DNA of 64,000 nucleotides, from positions 310,001 to 374,000 of the forward strand of contig NIVC01000652.1 in NCBI GenBank assembly GCA_002269645.1, written 5' to 3'. Made by a program: the position numbers and the translations under genes. Below the pieces are notes generated by a model that worked only from the letters and a program-made list of their open reading frames with translations, ran no database searches and was not told where the DNA came from. Shown here one piece after another: positions 25,715 through 39,345 of this stretch (the first letter of the stretch is position 1; every line of letters begins with the position of its first letter). Origin of the DNA: Macrostomum lignano. Its lineage: Eukaryota.

Positions 25715-27934
25715 GGATCTGTCAGACTGCAGGGGATAATTCTACTAATTGGGATCTGTCAGACTGCAGGGGATAATTCTACTTTGGGATCTCTCAGACT
25801 GCAGGGGATAATTCTACTTTGGGATCTCTCAGACTGCAGGGGATAATTCTACTTTGGGATCTCTCAGACTGCAGGGGATAATAATTCTACTTTGGGATCT
25901 GTCAGACTGCAGGGGATAATAATTCTACTTTGGGATCTGTCAGACTGCAGGGGATAATTCTACTAATTGGGATCTGTCAGACTGCAGGGGATAATTCTAC
26001 TAACTGGGATCTGTCAGACTGTAGGGGATAATTCTACTTTGGGATCTGTCAGACTGCAGGGGATAATTCTACTAATTGGGATTTGTCAGACTGCAGGGGA
26101 TAATTCTACTAACTGGGATCTGTCAGACTGCAGGGGATAATCCTACTAATTGGGATCTGTCAGACTGCAGGGGATAATTCTACTAACTGGGATCTGTCAG
26201 ACTGCAGGGGATAATCCTACTAATTGGGATCTGTCAGACTGCAGGGGATAATCCTACTAATTGGGATCTGTCAGACTGCAGGGGATAATTCTACTAATTG
26301 GGATCTGTCAGACTGCAGGGGATAATTCTACTTTGGGATCTGTCAGACTGCAGGGGATAATCCTACTAATTGGGATCTGTCAGACTGCAGGGGATAATCC
26401 TACTAATTGGGATCTGTCAGACTGCAGGGGATAATCCTACTAACTGGGATCTGTCAGACTGCAGGGGATAATCCTACTAATTGGGATCTGTCAGACTGCA
26501 GGGGATAATTCTACTAACTGGGATCTGTCAGACTGCAGGGGATAATCCTACTAATTGGGATCTGTCAGACTGCAGGGGATAATCCTACTAATTGGGATCT
26601 GTCAGACTGCAGGGGATAATTCTACTTTGGGATCTGTCAGACTGCAGGGGATAATCCTACTAATTGGGATCTGTCAGACTGCAGGGGATAATCCTACTAA
26701 TTGGGATCTGTCAGACTGCAGGGGATAATTCTACTAATTGGGATCTGTCAGACTGCAGGGAATAATCCTACTAATTGGGATCTGTCAGACTGCAGGGGAT
26801 AATTCTACTAATTGGGATCTGTCAGACTGCAGGGGATAATTCTACTAATTGGGATCTGTCAGACTGCAGGGGATAATTCTACTAATTGGGATCTGTCAGA
26901 CTGCAGGGGATAATTCTACTTTGGGATCTGTCAGACTGCAGGGATAATTCTACTAATTGGGATCTGTCAGACTGCAGGGGATAATTCTACTTTGGGATCT
27001 CTCAGACTGCAGGGGATAATTCTACTTTGGGATCTCTCAGACTGCAGGGGATAATTCTACTTTGGGATCTCTCAGACTGCAGGGGATAATAATTCTACTT
27101 TGGGATCTGTCAGACTGCAGGGGATAATTCTACTAATTGGGATCTGTCGGACTGCAGGGGATAATTCTACTAATTGGGATCTGTCAGACTGCAGGGGATA
27201 ATTCTACTAACTGGGATCTGTCAGACTGCAGGGGATAATTCTACTAACTGGGATCTGTCAGACTGCAGGGATAATTCTACTAATTGGGATCTGTCAGACT
27301 GCAGGGGATAATTCTACTTTGGGATCTCTCAGACTGCAGGGGATAATTCTACTTTGGGATCTCTCAGACTGCAGGGGATAATTCTACTTTGGGATCTCTC
27401 AGACTGCAGGGGATAATAATTCTACTTTGGGATCTGTCAGACTGCAGGGGATAATTCTACTAATTGGGATCTGTCAGACTGCAGGGGATAATCCTACTAA
27501 TTGGGATCTGTCAGACTGCAGGGGATAATTCTACTAACTGGGATCTGTCAGACTGCAGGGGATAATCCTACTAATTGGGATCTGTCAGACTGCAGGGGAT
27601 AATTCTACTAATTGGGATCTGTCAGACTGCAGGGGATAATTCTACTAATTGGGATCTGTCAGACTGCAGGGGATAATTCTACTAATTGGGATCTGTCAGA
27701 CTGCAGGGGATAATTCTACTAATTGGGATCTGTCAGACTGCAGGGGATAATTCTACTAATTGGGATCTGTCAGACTGCAGGGGATAATTCTACTAATTGG
27801 GATCTGTCAGACTGCAGGGGATAATTCTACTAATTGGGATCTGTCGGACTGCAGGGGATAATTCTACTAATTGGGATCTGTCAGACTGCAGGGGATAATT
27901 CTACTAACTGGGATCTGTCAGACTGCAGGGGATA
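25715..27934. repeat. 35-37-bp minisatellite (~60 copies)
   Basis: Unit GGGATCTGTCAGACTGCAGGGGATAATTCTACTAATT. Confidence 0.97.
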
Positions 27935-28811
27935 TACAATACAATATATAATTTCTCTCAATTCTTTGCACTATCATGTGGGGTGAAGTTGGAACAGACT
28001 GAGAGCGATTCGAGCCTAGGACCACACGCGACAGACTGTTACTCATGTTACTATATTAGCAGTTATTTCGCATATATTGAAGCCCTGTTTGAGCGCTGGC
28101 AAGCTTATATACGAGTTTAAGGTCTGTAGTCTCATAAGCTCAGCGCCAGACAGAAGGCTGTTCTATTTTTTGCTGCTCCCATGTCGATGAATCTGAGCTG
28201 CAAGGCTCAGATTACATGATTGTTCCATGTTATTTCCATAAATTACCCTATCATATTCTCCGCCAATAAACAGTTTGATGTCCTGCTTCCCGGATTCGCT
28301 GATTGGTTGGCACATTTTGGCACCAGAGATATGAGAGCTCAGCACCGACTGCACTCGAGGTTAAACAGCCCCAATCAGCTTACTAAACTTTCCATTACCT
28401 GCGCACATCAGTTTGGGATACTTGCTGCCTTAATCTGTTTATAAACTAAATGTATTGTATACGTCTTGAGATATGATGCTTTTAATTAGGCTTAATCCTT
28501 TACCTGTAATCCGCTGTTGGCGCACACACTATTGCTGACTCTGGCTCTCTCTCATGATCAGCTGACTGCCGGATTCTGCAAACCGATTGGAAAGCTGCAT
28601 CCGCCGCCAGTTGGTTTCCCCAATGCTGCGTCTGCTTATTTTGCTAATTAAATATTTTATTTCATTTCTTTTCCTGCTCTTGCATACGAGTTTAGCTTTT
28701 AGTATCTTGGAATATATTCAGACAGATTGGCACCAACTCTTGCACCTTGCTGGGCTCTGCGTTTTTTATTGTTCTGCAACTTTAGCTAAGTATTGGACAA
28801 TATCACTGATG

Positions 28812-29787
28812 AGATTGTAGTGGTGAAAGGGACAGTATGAGACAAGATGGATTGTAGCGGTGGACAGGACAGTATGAGACAAGAAGGATTGTAGCAGTGG
28901 ACAGGACAGTATGAGACAAGAAGGATTGTAGCAGTGGACAGGACAGTATGAGACAAGAAGGATTGTAGCGGTGGACAGGACAGTATGAGACAAAAAGGAT
29001 TGTAGCGGTGGACAGGACAGTATGAGACAAGATGGATTGTAGCAGTGGACAGGACAGTATGAGACAAGAAGGATTGTAGCAGTCGACAGGACAGTATGAG
29101 ACAAGAAGAATTGTAGCGGTGGACAGGACAGTATGAGACAAGATGGATTGTAGCAGTGGACAGGACAGTATGAGACAAGAAGGATTGTAGCAGTGGACAG
29201 GACAGTATGAGACAAGAAGGATTGTAGCGGTGGACAGGACAGTATGAGACAGGAAGGCATGTAGCGGTGGACAGGAAAGTATGAGACAGGAAGGCATGTA
29301 GCGGTGGACAGGACATTATGGGACAGGAAGGCATGTAGCGGTGGACAGGACAGTATGAGACAGGAAGGCATGTAGCGGTGGACAGGACATTATGGGACAG
29401 GAAGGCATGTAGCGGTGGACAGGACATTATGGGACAGGAAGGCATGTAGCGGTGGACAGGACATTATGAGACAGAAATTGCCGCAGTGGAAAAGGCAGGG
29501 CACAGGACAGTATGGCACAGAAATTGCCGCAGTGGAAAAGGCAGGGCACAGGACAGTATGGGACAGAAATTGCCGCAGTGGAAAAGGCAGGGCACAGGAC
29601 AGTATGAGACAGAAATTGCCGCAGAGGAAAAGGCAGGGCACAGGACAGTATGGCACAGAAATTGCCGCAGTGGAAAAGGCAGGGCACAGGACAGTATGGC
29701 ACAGAAATTGCCGCAGTGGAAAAGGCAGGGCACAGGACAGTATGGGACAGAAATTGCCGCAGTGGAAAAGGCAGGGCACAGGACAGT
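28812..29787. repeat. Compound minisatellite: 37-bp unit changing to a 46-bp unit
   Basis: GGACAGGACAGTATGAGACAAGAAGGATTGTAGCAGT changes to GGGCACAGGACAGTATGGCACAGAAATTGCCGCAGTGGAAAAGGCA at ~29470. Confidence 0.95.
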
Positions 29788-29901
29788 GAATGCTCAGTTG
29801 CCAAGTAGATTTAAATTAAGCACCGAAATTCAGCGGATTCGAAATCGGGAGTCTCCAAATCTCTGCTCAGTCCGCAGCTCCGCAACAGCCTTTTCACCTC
29901 G

Positions 29902-31072
29902 ATGGAGCACTACAACATTGGCGAGACGGTGCACATCAGCGAGCCACCGGACATTCCCGGCCAGCTGCCGGTGCTGAGTTCGGACAGCGGCGTGGCCGAT
30001 TCAGCCGACAGCGGGCGGCGCTTCTGCCTGCTGATGCAGGTGAAGCCCGGCAGCAAGGCTGGCCGTCTGGTCGACTACGCGGTGGCTCAGTTGCTAGGCA
30101 ACGCTGACGCGGATGTCAAGTCCAAGCCGAAGCTGCACCCGATCGACCAGGTGCTGTGGACTGGGGACGGAGACGCCTTGGAGAAGGCGATCTCCTGCTC
30201 GGAGATGACCAAGCGAAGGTGCGACAGCCGCGGCCTGCAGCTGCACCAGGCGAACTGCCTGTTCTACCAGAAGATGCGCCAGTTCTACGAGCCGAAGCTG
30301 CCGGGGCTGGACCGGCTGCAGGTCGGTTGCGTCTGTCCGTTGTTCGTTTGTATCGTCCATTTCAAGTCATTTCATGTCATGTCAAGTCATTATTTCTCCT
30401 TTGTTGTCAACTTCAATACCTTTAGATTCGAAAAATGGGCAGTAACTACCCTTTGAGCACGAGTGAGCGATAAATACCCTTTGGACACGAGTGAGCGATA
30501 GATACCCTTTGGACACGAGTGAGCGATAGATACCCTTTGGACACGAGTGAGCGATAGATACCCTTTGGACACGAGTGAGCGATAGATACCCTTTGGACAC
30601 GAGTGAGCGATAGATACCCTTTGGACACGAGTGAGCGATAGATACCCTTTGGACACGAGTGAGCGATACATACCCTTTGGACACGAGTGAGCATTACTCT
30701 TTAAACTCGATTGAGCAATACAACACAAGCATTGGCGAGCAATATCTGATACCCCTGTCCAGTCAACAATGGCAAGTTACACAGCCAGCCACATGTTGCT
30801 ATTCGTCACCACCGCAGGCAGTCCGCGAGGTCCCGGCAATTCGCTGCCTGCTGTCCCGCCTGGAGCTGCCCGCCTCGGCCAGTCCGCTGCCGGCCGGCTC
30901 GGACTTTGCCGCTCACTTCGTGAGCAGCGTGCTGCCAGCTGAGGCCGGCCGGCAGCGCGCCGCGCCGGTCAGCAATCCGGCAAAGCGTCACGTGACCAAG
31001 GTCAAGGCCAGGAAGGGCGCCAAGCTGCTACTGAGCGCCAAGCGGGAGGCGCCAAGCGGCGAGGAGAAATAA
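29902..31072 (+). CDS. RPP25L: Alba-domain RNase P/MRP subunit p25-like protein
   Basis: Exons 29902-30321 and 30818-31072. MEHY start, MQVKPGSK, KAISCSEMTKRR, LDRLQ|AVREVPAIRCLLSR resemble RPP25/RPP25L. Confidence 0.8.
30455..30692. repeat. 28-bp minisatellite in the RPP25L intron
   Basis: Unit GATAGATACCCTTTGGACACGAGTGAGC, ~8 copies. Confidence 0.95.
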
Positions 31073-31142
31073 TTGGAAATCATGGATGACTCACCGAGCT
31101 TGCTTGGGTCTATCTAAATCGCTAAATCGGAGTTATTCACAA

Positions 31143-31581
31143 AGACAGACAGGTAGATGGACAGACAGAGAGACAGGTAGATAGACAGACAGAGAGACAG
31201 GTAGATAGACAGACAGAGAGACAGGTAGATAGACAGACAGAGAGACAGGTAGATAGACAGACAGAGAGACAGAGAGACAGGTAGATGGACAGACAGAAAG
31301 ACAGATAGATAGACAGGTAGAGAGACAGGTAGATAAACAGACAGAGAGACAGGTAGATATACAGAGAGACAGGTAGATAGACAGACAGAGAGACAGGTAG
31401 ATATACAGAGAGACAGGTAGATAGACAGACAGAGAGACAGACAGAGAGACAGGTAGAGAGACAGGTAGATAAACAGACAGAGAGACAGGTAGATATACAG
31501 AGAGACAGGTAGATAGACAGACAGAGAGACAGACAGAGAGACAGGTAGATAAACAGACAGAGAGACAGGTAGATAGACAGG

Positions 31582-31670
<89 letters not shown>

Positions 31671-31730
31671 CGACCGACCGACAGGTAGACAGATAGGCGG
31701 ACAGACAGGTAGAGGGACAGACAAACAGAT
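31143..31730. repeat. GACA/GATA compound microsatellite
   Basis: Direct reading. Confidence 0.95.
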
Positions 31731-32318
31731 ATATCGCGCCGAAGGTCCTGGAGGTCTGTCGGTGACATTTGAGCGACAAAAATCAGTTAAAGTTTTGGAA
31801 TTTTGCAATTCTCGAGCTGGAATGGCTGACATTCTTGAAGTCTATATTTATAAAGAAATTCAACGAAAGCATCGTTAAACATCTCGATGGTCTTGCATGC
31901 TCAGAGTTTCATGACCAAAGATAATAAAGACTAGAAGATATAAACTATATTTCGTCAAGTGATGTAGATAAAGTTAACGTCATTTTTAAACCCAACCCAG
32001 TCATGCTATGACCCTTCAACCCTTATTCTCAGCTTATCGTAGTTCAATAACGTACAAACTGCTTCGGAATTGTGTGGCCCAATAGTTTTCTTTCTTTGCA
32101 TTTCTTGTCACCTCCAAAATGTTTCAGTGAATGAAGTTTAATTGAAAGCATTTGTCTTGCATATATATACTGTTAATCTTCGATACGCTTGTGTGCTACA
32201 GTTAAATACAGGTGTTATGATTATATAGGAGCCTTGGTGTTATTCCTGAACAACGTCAAAATTGCCTTTATGTCGCTGAACTATTTTTTCGTAGAGAAGC
32301 AATAGTAGACACTAAGGC

Positions 32319-32319
<1 letters not shown>

Positions 32320-32398
<79 letters not shown>

Positions 32399-32400
32399 TC

Positions 32401-32483
<83 letters not shown>

Positions 32484-32523
32484 TAGACAATCAGACAGAC
32501 AGGCAGATAGACAGACAGACAGG
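32320..32523. repeat. (GACA)n microsatellite just upstream of GBE1
   Basis: Direct reading. Confidence 0.95.
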
Positions 32524-32564
32524 CAGCCGCTCATGCCCCAGAGTCCTGCAGTTGCAGCCCCGTC

Positions 32565-34059
32565 ATGGAAGCGCCGCCCGAGAATCCGCAGCTCGAGGAG
32601 CTGTTCAAGTTCGATCCCTACCTGCGAGGCTACGAAACCGAGCTGCGCCGGCGCTACAACTGCCTGCGCAGTGAATGGCGTCGAATTGAAGAGGCCGATG
32701 GCATCGAGCGCCTGTCGCACGGCTACCGCGAGTTCGGCGTCCGCGTGGACCCGGACGGCACGGTGCGCTGCCAGGAGTGGGCGCCGAACGCACAGGCCGT
32801 CTACCTGCGCGGCGACTTCAACAACTGGCGCGAGGACCAGTACCCGTTCGAGAAGCAGCCCTTCGGCAAGTGGACGCTGGTCATTCCGCCCAAGCCGGAT
32901 GGCAAGCCAGCCATTGAGCACAACTCGGTGATCAAGCTGCTCATCATCGGGCCGCAGGGCCAGCGGCTCGACCGGCTGTCGCCGTGGGCGCCCTACGTGA
33001 CCCGGCCGCCAAAGGGAGCGCCCAGCGGCACCGTCTATGAGCAGCGGCTGTGGAATCCGCCGAAGCCGTACAAGTGAGCTGCGCACAGTTTGGCCTGCTC
33101 AGCTGAGCGGGTTAGGGCATCGTGTACTTTGGCCGCGCTGGAGGATTCAGTCTGCCTTCTGTGCACCTGCAAATCTAAATGCATTTTGACCATGCCATAG
33201 CACTTCTCCCGGAGTTAATATGTGACAGGAAGGCACTTAATCTGTCGTTTTTTGTGCGCACTCATTGTTTATTGAAGTCACGTGGTTGTGTGTCACACAA
33301 CCGGCGAGAGGCATTGCTGCCCATTCCGCCCAAGCAGACCCAAGCCGAGATTCCAGTTTAGCCCCAAATTAATGTGACTGCACTTGGAATCGAACCTGGG
33401 CCGCTGGCACATAGACCAATAGGTTGGCGCTCACTTGTACCCAAGTTGAATGAATGCACTTAGTAAGAACTCTACCAATTGCCATGCATGGGACTTTTGA
33501 ATGCAAGTACATTGTACACACTAGAGTTTTTGGAGTCATGGCCAAAACATGCTTTTTGTTTGTCTCAATAGCAACCGCACTCTGTTCACCCGCCGCAGGC
33601 TGAACGTGCCCAGACCGCCGGTGCCAGCCAGCCTGCGCATCTACGAGGCCCACGTAGGCATCAGCTCGCCCGAGGAGCGCGTGGCCACCTACGACTACTT
33701 CAGGGAGAGCGTGCTTCCCAGGGTGCGGGACCTCGGCTACAACTGCATCCAGCTCATGGCCGTGATGGAGCACGCCTACTATGCCAGCTTCGGCTACCAG
33801 ATCACCTCTTTCTTCGCCGCCTCCAGCCGCTACGGCACCCCCTGCGAGCTCAAGCAGCTCATCGATGCCGCACACAGCATGGGCATCATCGTGCTGCTGG
33901 ACATTGTGCACAGCCACGCCTCCAACAACACCATCGACGGGCTCAACCAGTTCGACGGCAGCAACAACTGCTACTTTCATGACGGGCCGCGCGGCCGGCA
34001 CGACCTCTGGGACAGCCGGCTTTTCAACTACACCAGTCTGGAGGTGGGCTGATCCACGT

Positions 34060-34096
<37 letters not shown>

Positions 34097-34378
34097 TGTC
34101 TGTGTGTCTGTCTGTGTGTGTGTGTGTCTGTCTGTGTGTCTGTGTGTGTGTCTGTCTGTGTGTGTGTCTGTCTGTGTGTCTGTGTGTCTGTCTGTGTGTC
34201 TGTGTGTGTGTCTGTGTGTGTCTGTCTGTGTGTCTGTGTGTGTCTGTCTGTGTGTGTCTGTCTGTGTATCTGTGTGTGTGTGTCTGTGTGTGTGTGTCTG
34301 TGTGTCTGTGTGTGTCTGTCTGTGTGTATGTGTGTGTCTGTCTGTGTCTGTGTGTGTCTGTCTGTCTGTGTGTGTGTG

Positions 34379-34419
<41 letters not shown>

Positions 34420-34421
34420 GA

Positions 34422-34461
<40 letters not shown>

Positions 34462-34534
34462 GTGTATGTGTGTGTCTGTGTGTGTCTGTCTGTGTCTGTG
34501 TGTGTGTGTCTGTCTGTCTGTGTGTGTGTGTGTG

Positions 34535-34567
<33 letters not shown>

Positions 34568-34569
34568 GA

Positions 34570-34605
<36 letters not shown>

Positions 34606-36307
34606 GTGTATGTGTGTGTCTGTGTGTGTCTGTCTGTGTCTGTGTGTGTGTGTCTGTCTGTCTGTGTGTGTGTGTGTGTGTGTCTGTCTGTCTGTCTGTC
34701 TGTCTGTCTGATTGTCTGTCTGTCTGTCTGTCTGTCTGATTGTCTGTCTGTCTGTCTGTCTGTCTGGCTCTCTGTGTCCTAGTGTCTATTCGTCTAACAG
34801 TTTTCAGTATTTTAATCCTCATTTCGACGTACATGTACGATACGTATGATACAGGTGTACTAGCGCTTTGTGAGAGAGATCAGTTACTGAAAGCAGTAAT
34901 GCAAGGTTTGTACATGTGCCAACATTCACAATTGGCAGGTGCTCCGCTTCCTGCTGTCCAACCTGACCTGGTGGATCGAGGAGTACGGCTTCGACGGATT
35001 CCGCTTCGACGGCTGCATGTCCATGCTGTACCACCACCACGGCCTCAACCACAACTTCTCCGGCCACTACGACGAGTACTTCGGCATGAGCGTGGACACC
35101 GAGTCCCTCACGTACTTGGCCCTGGCCAACTGGCTGCTGCACAAGGCGCACCCCTTTGTCATCACCGTGGCCGAGGAGGTCAGCGGCCTGCCCGGCCTCT
35201 GCCGGCCAGTTGAGCACGGCGGCTACGGCTTCGACTACCGGCTGGCCATGGCCGTGCCCGACCTGTGGATCAAGCTGCTCAAGGGCGTCCCCGACCAGGA
35301 CTGGGACGTGGCCAAGATCTGCTTCGAGCTGGAGAACCGGCGCTACGGCGAGAAGGCCATCGCCTACGCCGAGTCGCACGATCAGGCTCTGGTCGGTGAC
35401 AAAACCATCGCCTTCTGGCTGATGGACAAGGAGATGTACACCCACATGTCCACCCTGTCCGATCCGTCCCTCATCATCGACCGGGGCATCGCCCTGCACA
35501 AGATGATCCGCCTGATCACGCACGCTCTTGGCGGTGAGGGCTACCTGAACTTCATTGGCAACGAGTTCGGGCACCCCGAGTGGCTGGACTTCCCCCGGCT
35601 TGGCAACGGCGAGTCTTACTATTATGCCAGGCGGCAGTTCAACCTGGTTGACGACAAACTGCTGCGCTATCAGCATCTCAACAATTTTGATGCGGCTATG
35701 AACCTGGCCGAGGCCCGGTTCGGCTGGCTGCACCGGGGTCCCGGTTACATTACCAGGTGAATGGGCGGCGATTCAGTGAGATGCGTCTAATATGGAAATT
35801 CCGAAAAAGGCCGCATTATAGCACCAAAACAGGCCGCATTAGAGCACCAAAACAGGCCTCATTAGAGCACCAAAGCAGGCCGCATTAGAGCACCAAAGCA
35901 GGCCGCATTAGAGCACCAAAACAGGCCGCATTAGAGCACTTTGAACAGACTAATTTAGGTTAAAAATGCGCCAAAGGTTGCAATTTTGCGCCAAAACGAA
36001 CTTTGCGCCCAGGAAGCACAACGGCGATAAGGTGGTGGCCTTCGAGCGGGGCGGCCTGCTGTTCGCCTTCAACTGGCACTGGGCCAGCAGCTTCACGGAC
36101 TATCGGCTGGGCGTGGCCGAGCCCGGACGCTACCGGATTGTGCTCAACACCGACCGGCCGGAGTTCGGCGGACACAACCGAGTGGACGAGAATACGCAAT
36201 TCTTCACCCAGCCTGGCGACTTTGACGGCCGCGGCAACTCGCTGCAGCTGTACCTGCCCTGCCGCTGCGCCGTGGTTCTGGCCAGGGAGGACGGAGCCGC
36301 CGCTTGA
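32565..36307 (+). CDS. GBE1: 1,4-alpha-glucan (glycogen) branching enzyme, GH13
   Basis: Exons 32565-33073, 33599-34043, 34939-35756, 36013-36307, phases consistent. Motifs [55 protein letters not shown]. Confidence 0.97.
34056..34770. repeat. (GT)n/(GTCT)n microsatellite in GBE1 intron 2
   Basis: Direct reading. Confidence 0.95.
35805..35940. repeat. 23-bp minisatellite in GBE1 intron 3
   Basis: AGGCCGCATTAGAGCACCAAAAC, ~6 copies. Confidence 0.9.
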
Positions 36308-36849
36308 TGGTCATGGACTATCAGTGTTTGGATTGGACTGGAAAGGTCTTGCAAGGACCGCTAGAAGTAGATAAACTAAACGCATAGTTTCTTAGAAAAT
36401 AAGTGTTTTTGAAGGCCTGCTCTGTTTTGTGTGCTAAGGATTTTCAAAGTGAAATAATTTGTTTAAATTGAGATATTGAATACAATTGTGTGAGGAGGTA
36501 CACGTCTAAGAAACCAAGTGTGGATGCCTTACTGCATCTGCTGGTTCTTGGAATTCGCAACAGAGGCACTGAAGCCCGATCGTGGCATGCGCCCGAGTCC
36601 CATCGCTCTCGATCATCTTCGTAGTGCATTTTTTCGGCCAAAATAATCGGCATTCAGATTGATTTGCCGTCAATTGTTGAAATACCGGCACCCGAGCTGC
36701 GCTTTTTGTAGTAACCTTTGATTTAATTGGTCCACTAGCCTATCGCCATTGCTATTCACCTTGATTAATTTTGCTTTTTTCACGATCATCAATTATCCTC
36801 TTTGCAGTCATTGCTTGTTAATCTTGTGAGGTGTTTTCATTATTCCTCT

Positions 36850-37935
36850 AGGTGAGTTATCCCATCTCTGCCACAGTGAGTTATCCCATCTCTGCCACAG
36901 TGAATTATCCCATCTCTGCCACCGTGAGTTATCCCATCTCTGCCACAATGAGTTATCCCATCTCTGCCACACTGAGTTATCCCATCTCTGCCACACTGAG
37001 TTATCCCATCTCTGCCTCAGTGAGTTATCCCATCTCTGCCTCAGTGAGTTATCCCATCTCTGCCACACTGAGTTATCCCATCTCTGCCTCAGTGAGTTAT
37101 CCCATCTCTGCCTCAGTGAGTTATCCCATCTCTGCCTCAGTGAGTTATCCCATCTCTGCCTCAGTGAGTTATCCCATCTCTGCCTCAGTGAGTTATCCCA
37201 TCTCTGCCACAGTGAGTTATCCCATCTCTGCCACAGTGAGTTATCCCATCTGTGCCACAGTGAGTTATCCTATCTCTGCCACAGTGAATTATCCCATCTC
37301 TGCCACAGTGAGTTATCCCATCTGTGCCACAGTGAGTTATCCCATCTCTGCCACAGTGAGTTATCCCATCTCTGCCACAGTGAGTTATCCCATCTGTGCC
37401 ACAGTGAGTTATCCTATCTCTGCCACAGTGAATTATCCCATCTCTGCCACAGTGAGTTATCCCATCTGTGCCACAGTGAATTATCCCATCTCTGCCTCAC
37501 TGAGTTATCCCATCTCTGCCTCACTGAGTTATCCCATCTCTGCCTCACTGAGTTATCCCAGCTCTGCCTCACTGAGTTATCCCATCTCTGCCACAGTGAG
37601 TTATCCCATCTGTGCCACAGTGAGTTATCCCATCTCTGCCACAGTGAGTTATCCCATCTCTGCCACAGTGAGTTATCCCATCTGTGCCACAGTGAGTTAT
37701 CCTATCTCTGCCACAGTGAATTATCCCATCTCTGCCACAGTGAGTTATCCCATCTGTGCCACAGTGAATTATCCCATCTCTGCCTCACTGAGTTATCCCA
37801 TCTCTGCCTCACTGAGTTATCCCATCTCTGCCTCACTGAGTTATCCCAGCTCTGCCTCACTGAGTTATCCCATCTCTGCCACAGTGAATTATCCCATCTC
37901 TGCCTCACTGAGTTATCCCATCTCTGCCTCACCGA
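36850..37935. repeat. 24-bp minisatellite (~45 copies)
   Basis: GTGAGTTATCCCATCTCTGCCACA. Confidence 0.97.
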
Positions 37936-38749
37936 GCCCAATAATGACTGGCGATGAATTTTTGTCGTTAACAAATTGTCTTAAAATAACAAATATTTTA
38001 TCTTTTTGCGCTTAATTTTTCCCATATTTTGCTTGAAGAGCAACAGCACCGCATCCCTTGCCCAGCATCACTAACGTCAGCCAGGAAATCCCGGTACTCC
38101 GCCATCATCACTTCTAGCTAGTTATTAGACGTTTTGCTATTTTTGAGCATTCTCATTTCAATCTTTCTGAGCATGTTGTTTCGTCTTTGAGCAGTCGCTT
38201 CTGTAATCGATTTTCTGTTCTAAAAATAGATTTCTGTTAGTCTGCAATCATTATGGCGCCACGATTCCCACTTTGATATGCTGTGTTTTCTTAGCGATTC
38301 GGTAGCTTAGCAGCGGTTGGACAAATTTTTGTTTTCAAATTTGACTGTTTGTCTTCCCTTTGACCTTTTTTGTTATAAGCCAGCAGATCGACCCGGTCTC
38401 TGGCTTTTTCAACGCTAATTTTAGTTGCCAGTTGCGATGGGAAAGGCGGGATTGGAATTGATTTTTTGTGCTTTAGAAACCGCGCGAGTCAAGTAGTGAT
38501 TTAGTTTAACTAGCTATCGTATCTTTATTCGATACGAATTTTCAATTAGCTATAGATAAATATATATTTAACAACTGTCATCATATCTTTCGTTATTAAT
38601 AACTAATTCAATCGAATTGGACTTTATTTTAACTTTTCGAACTCCTAGCAAAATGGGGTCGCCAATTGTCCATTGAGAATCGTCTTTTATCCCTTGAAAC
38701 TTTTGGCGTGAAAAATCGCTCATTTATTATCCCATGATAATCAACCCGT

Positions 38750-39295
38750 ACGAGTATTCCATGAGAACCACCCTCTATCCCTATCCCATCAGGATCACCC
38801 GTTATCCCATGAGAATCACCCGTTATCCCATGAGGAGCACCCCTTATCCCTTATCCCATAAGGATCACCCCTTATCCCTTATCCCATGAGAGTCACGAAT
38901 TACCCCATGAGCAACCCCCCTTACCCCATGAGCAACCCCCCTTACCCCATGAGCAACCCCCCTTATCCCATGAGAATCACCTGTTATCCCATGAGGAGCA
39001 CCCCTTGTCCCATGAGAATCACCCCTTATACCATGAGAATCACCCCTTATACCATGAGGATCACCCATTATCCCATGAGAATCACCCCTTGTCCCATGAG
39101 AATCACCCCTTGTCCCATGAGAATCACCCCTTATACCATGAGAATCACCCTTATCCCTTATCCCATGAGAGTCACGAATTACCCCATGAGCAACCTCCCT
39201 TACCCCATGAGCAACCCCCCCCCCTTACCCCATGAGCAACCCCCCCTTATCCCATGAGAATCACCCCTTGTCCCATGAGAATCACCCTTATCCCT
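38750..39295. repeat. ~21-bp degenerate minisatellite
   Basis: CCCATGAGAATCACCCCTTAT and variants. Confidence 0.9.
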
Positions 39296-39345
39296 TGACG
39301 ATTGCCCGTAACGTTCGCCATTCGCCCACCGCCCCTCAACTTCAG

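Noticed and set aside
25715-29787. 37-bp repeats resembling CRISPR direct repeats
   Set aside because: Units are directly adjacent with no unique spacers, there are no cas genes, and the context is eukaryotic; these are minisatellites.
31114-34834. ORFs such as CLSVCLSV and RQTDRQTD
   Set aside because: Translations of GACA/GTCT microsatellites in introns or spacers.
32565-36307. Bacterial origin (HGT) of the GC-rich branching enzyme
   Set aside because: It has three spliceosomal introns and eukaryotic GBE1-type motifs; the high GC matches neighbouring host exons.
36852-38015. 387-aa SYPISATV-repeat ORF
   Set aside because: A 24-bp minisatellite that happens to be open; no signal peptide, splice link or unique domain. 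Expression cannot be fully excluded without RNA data.
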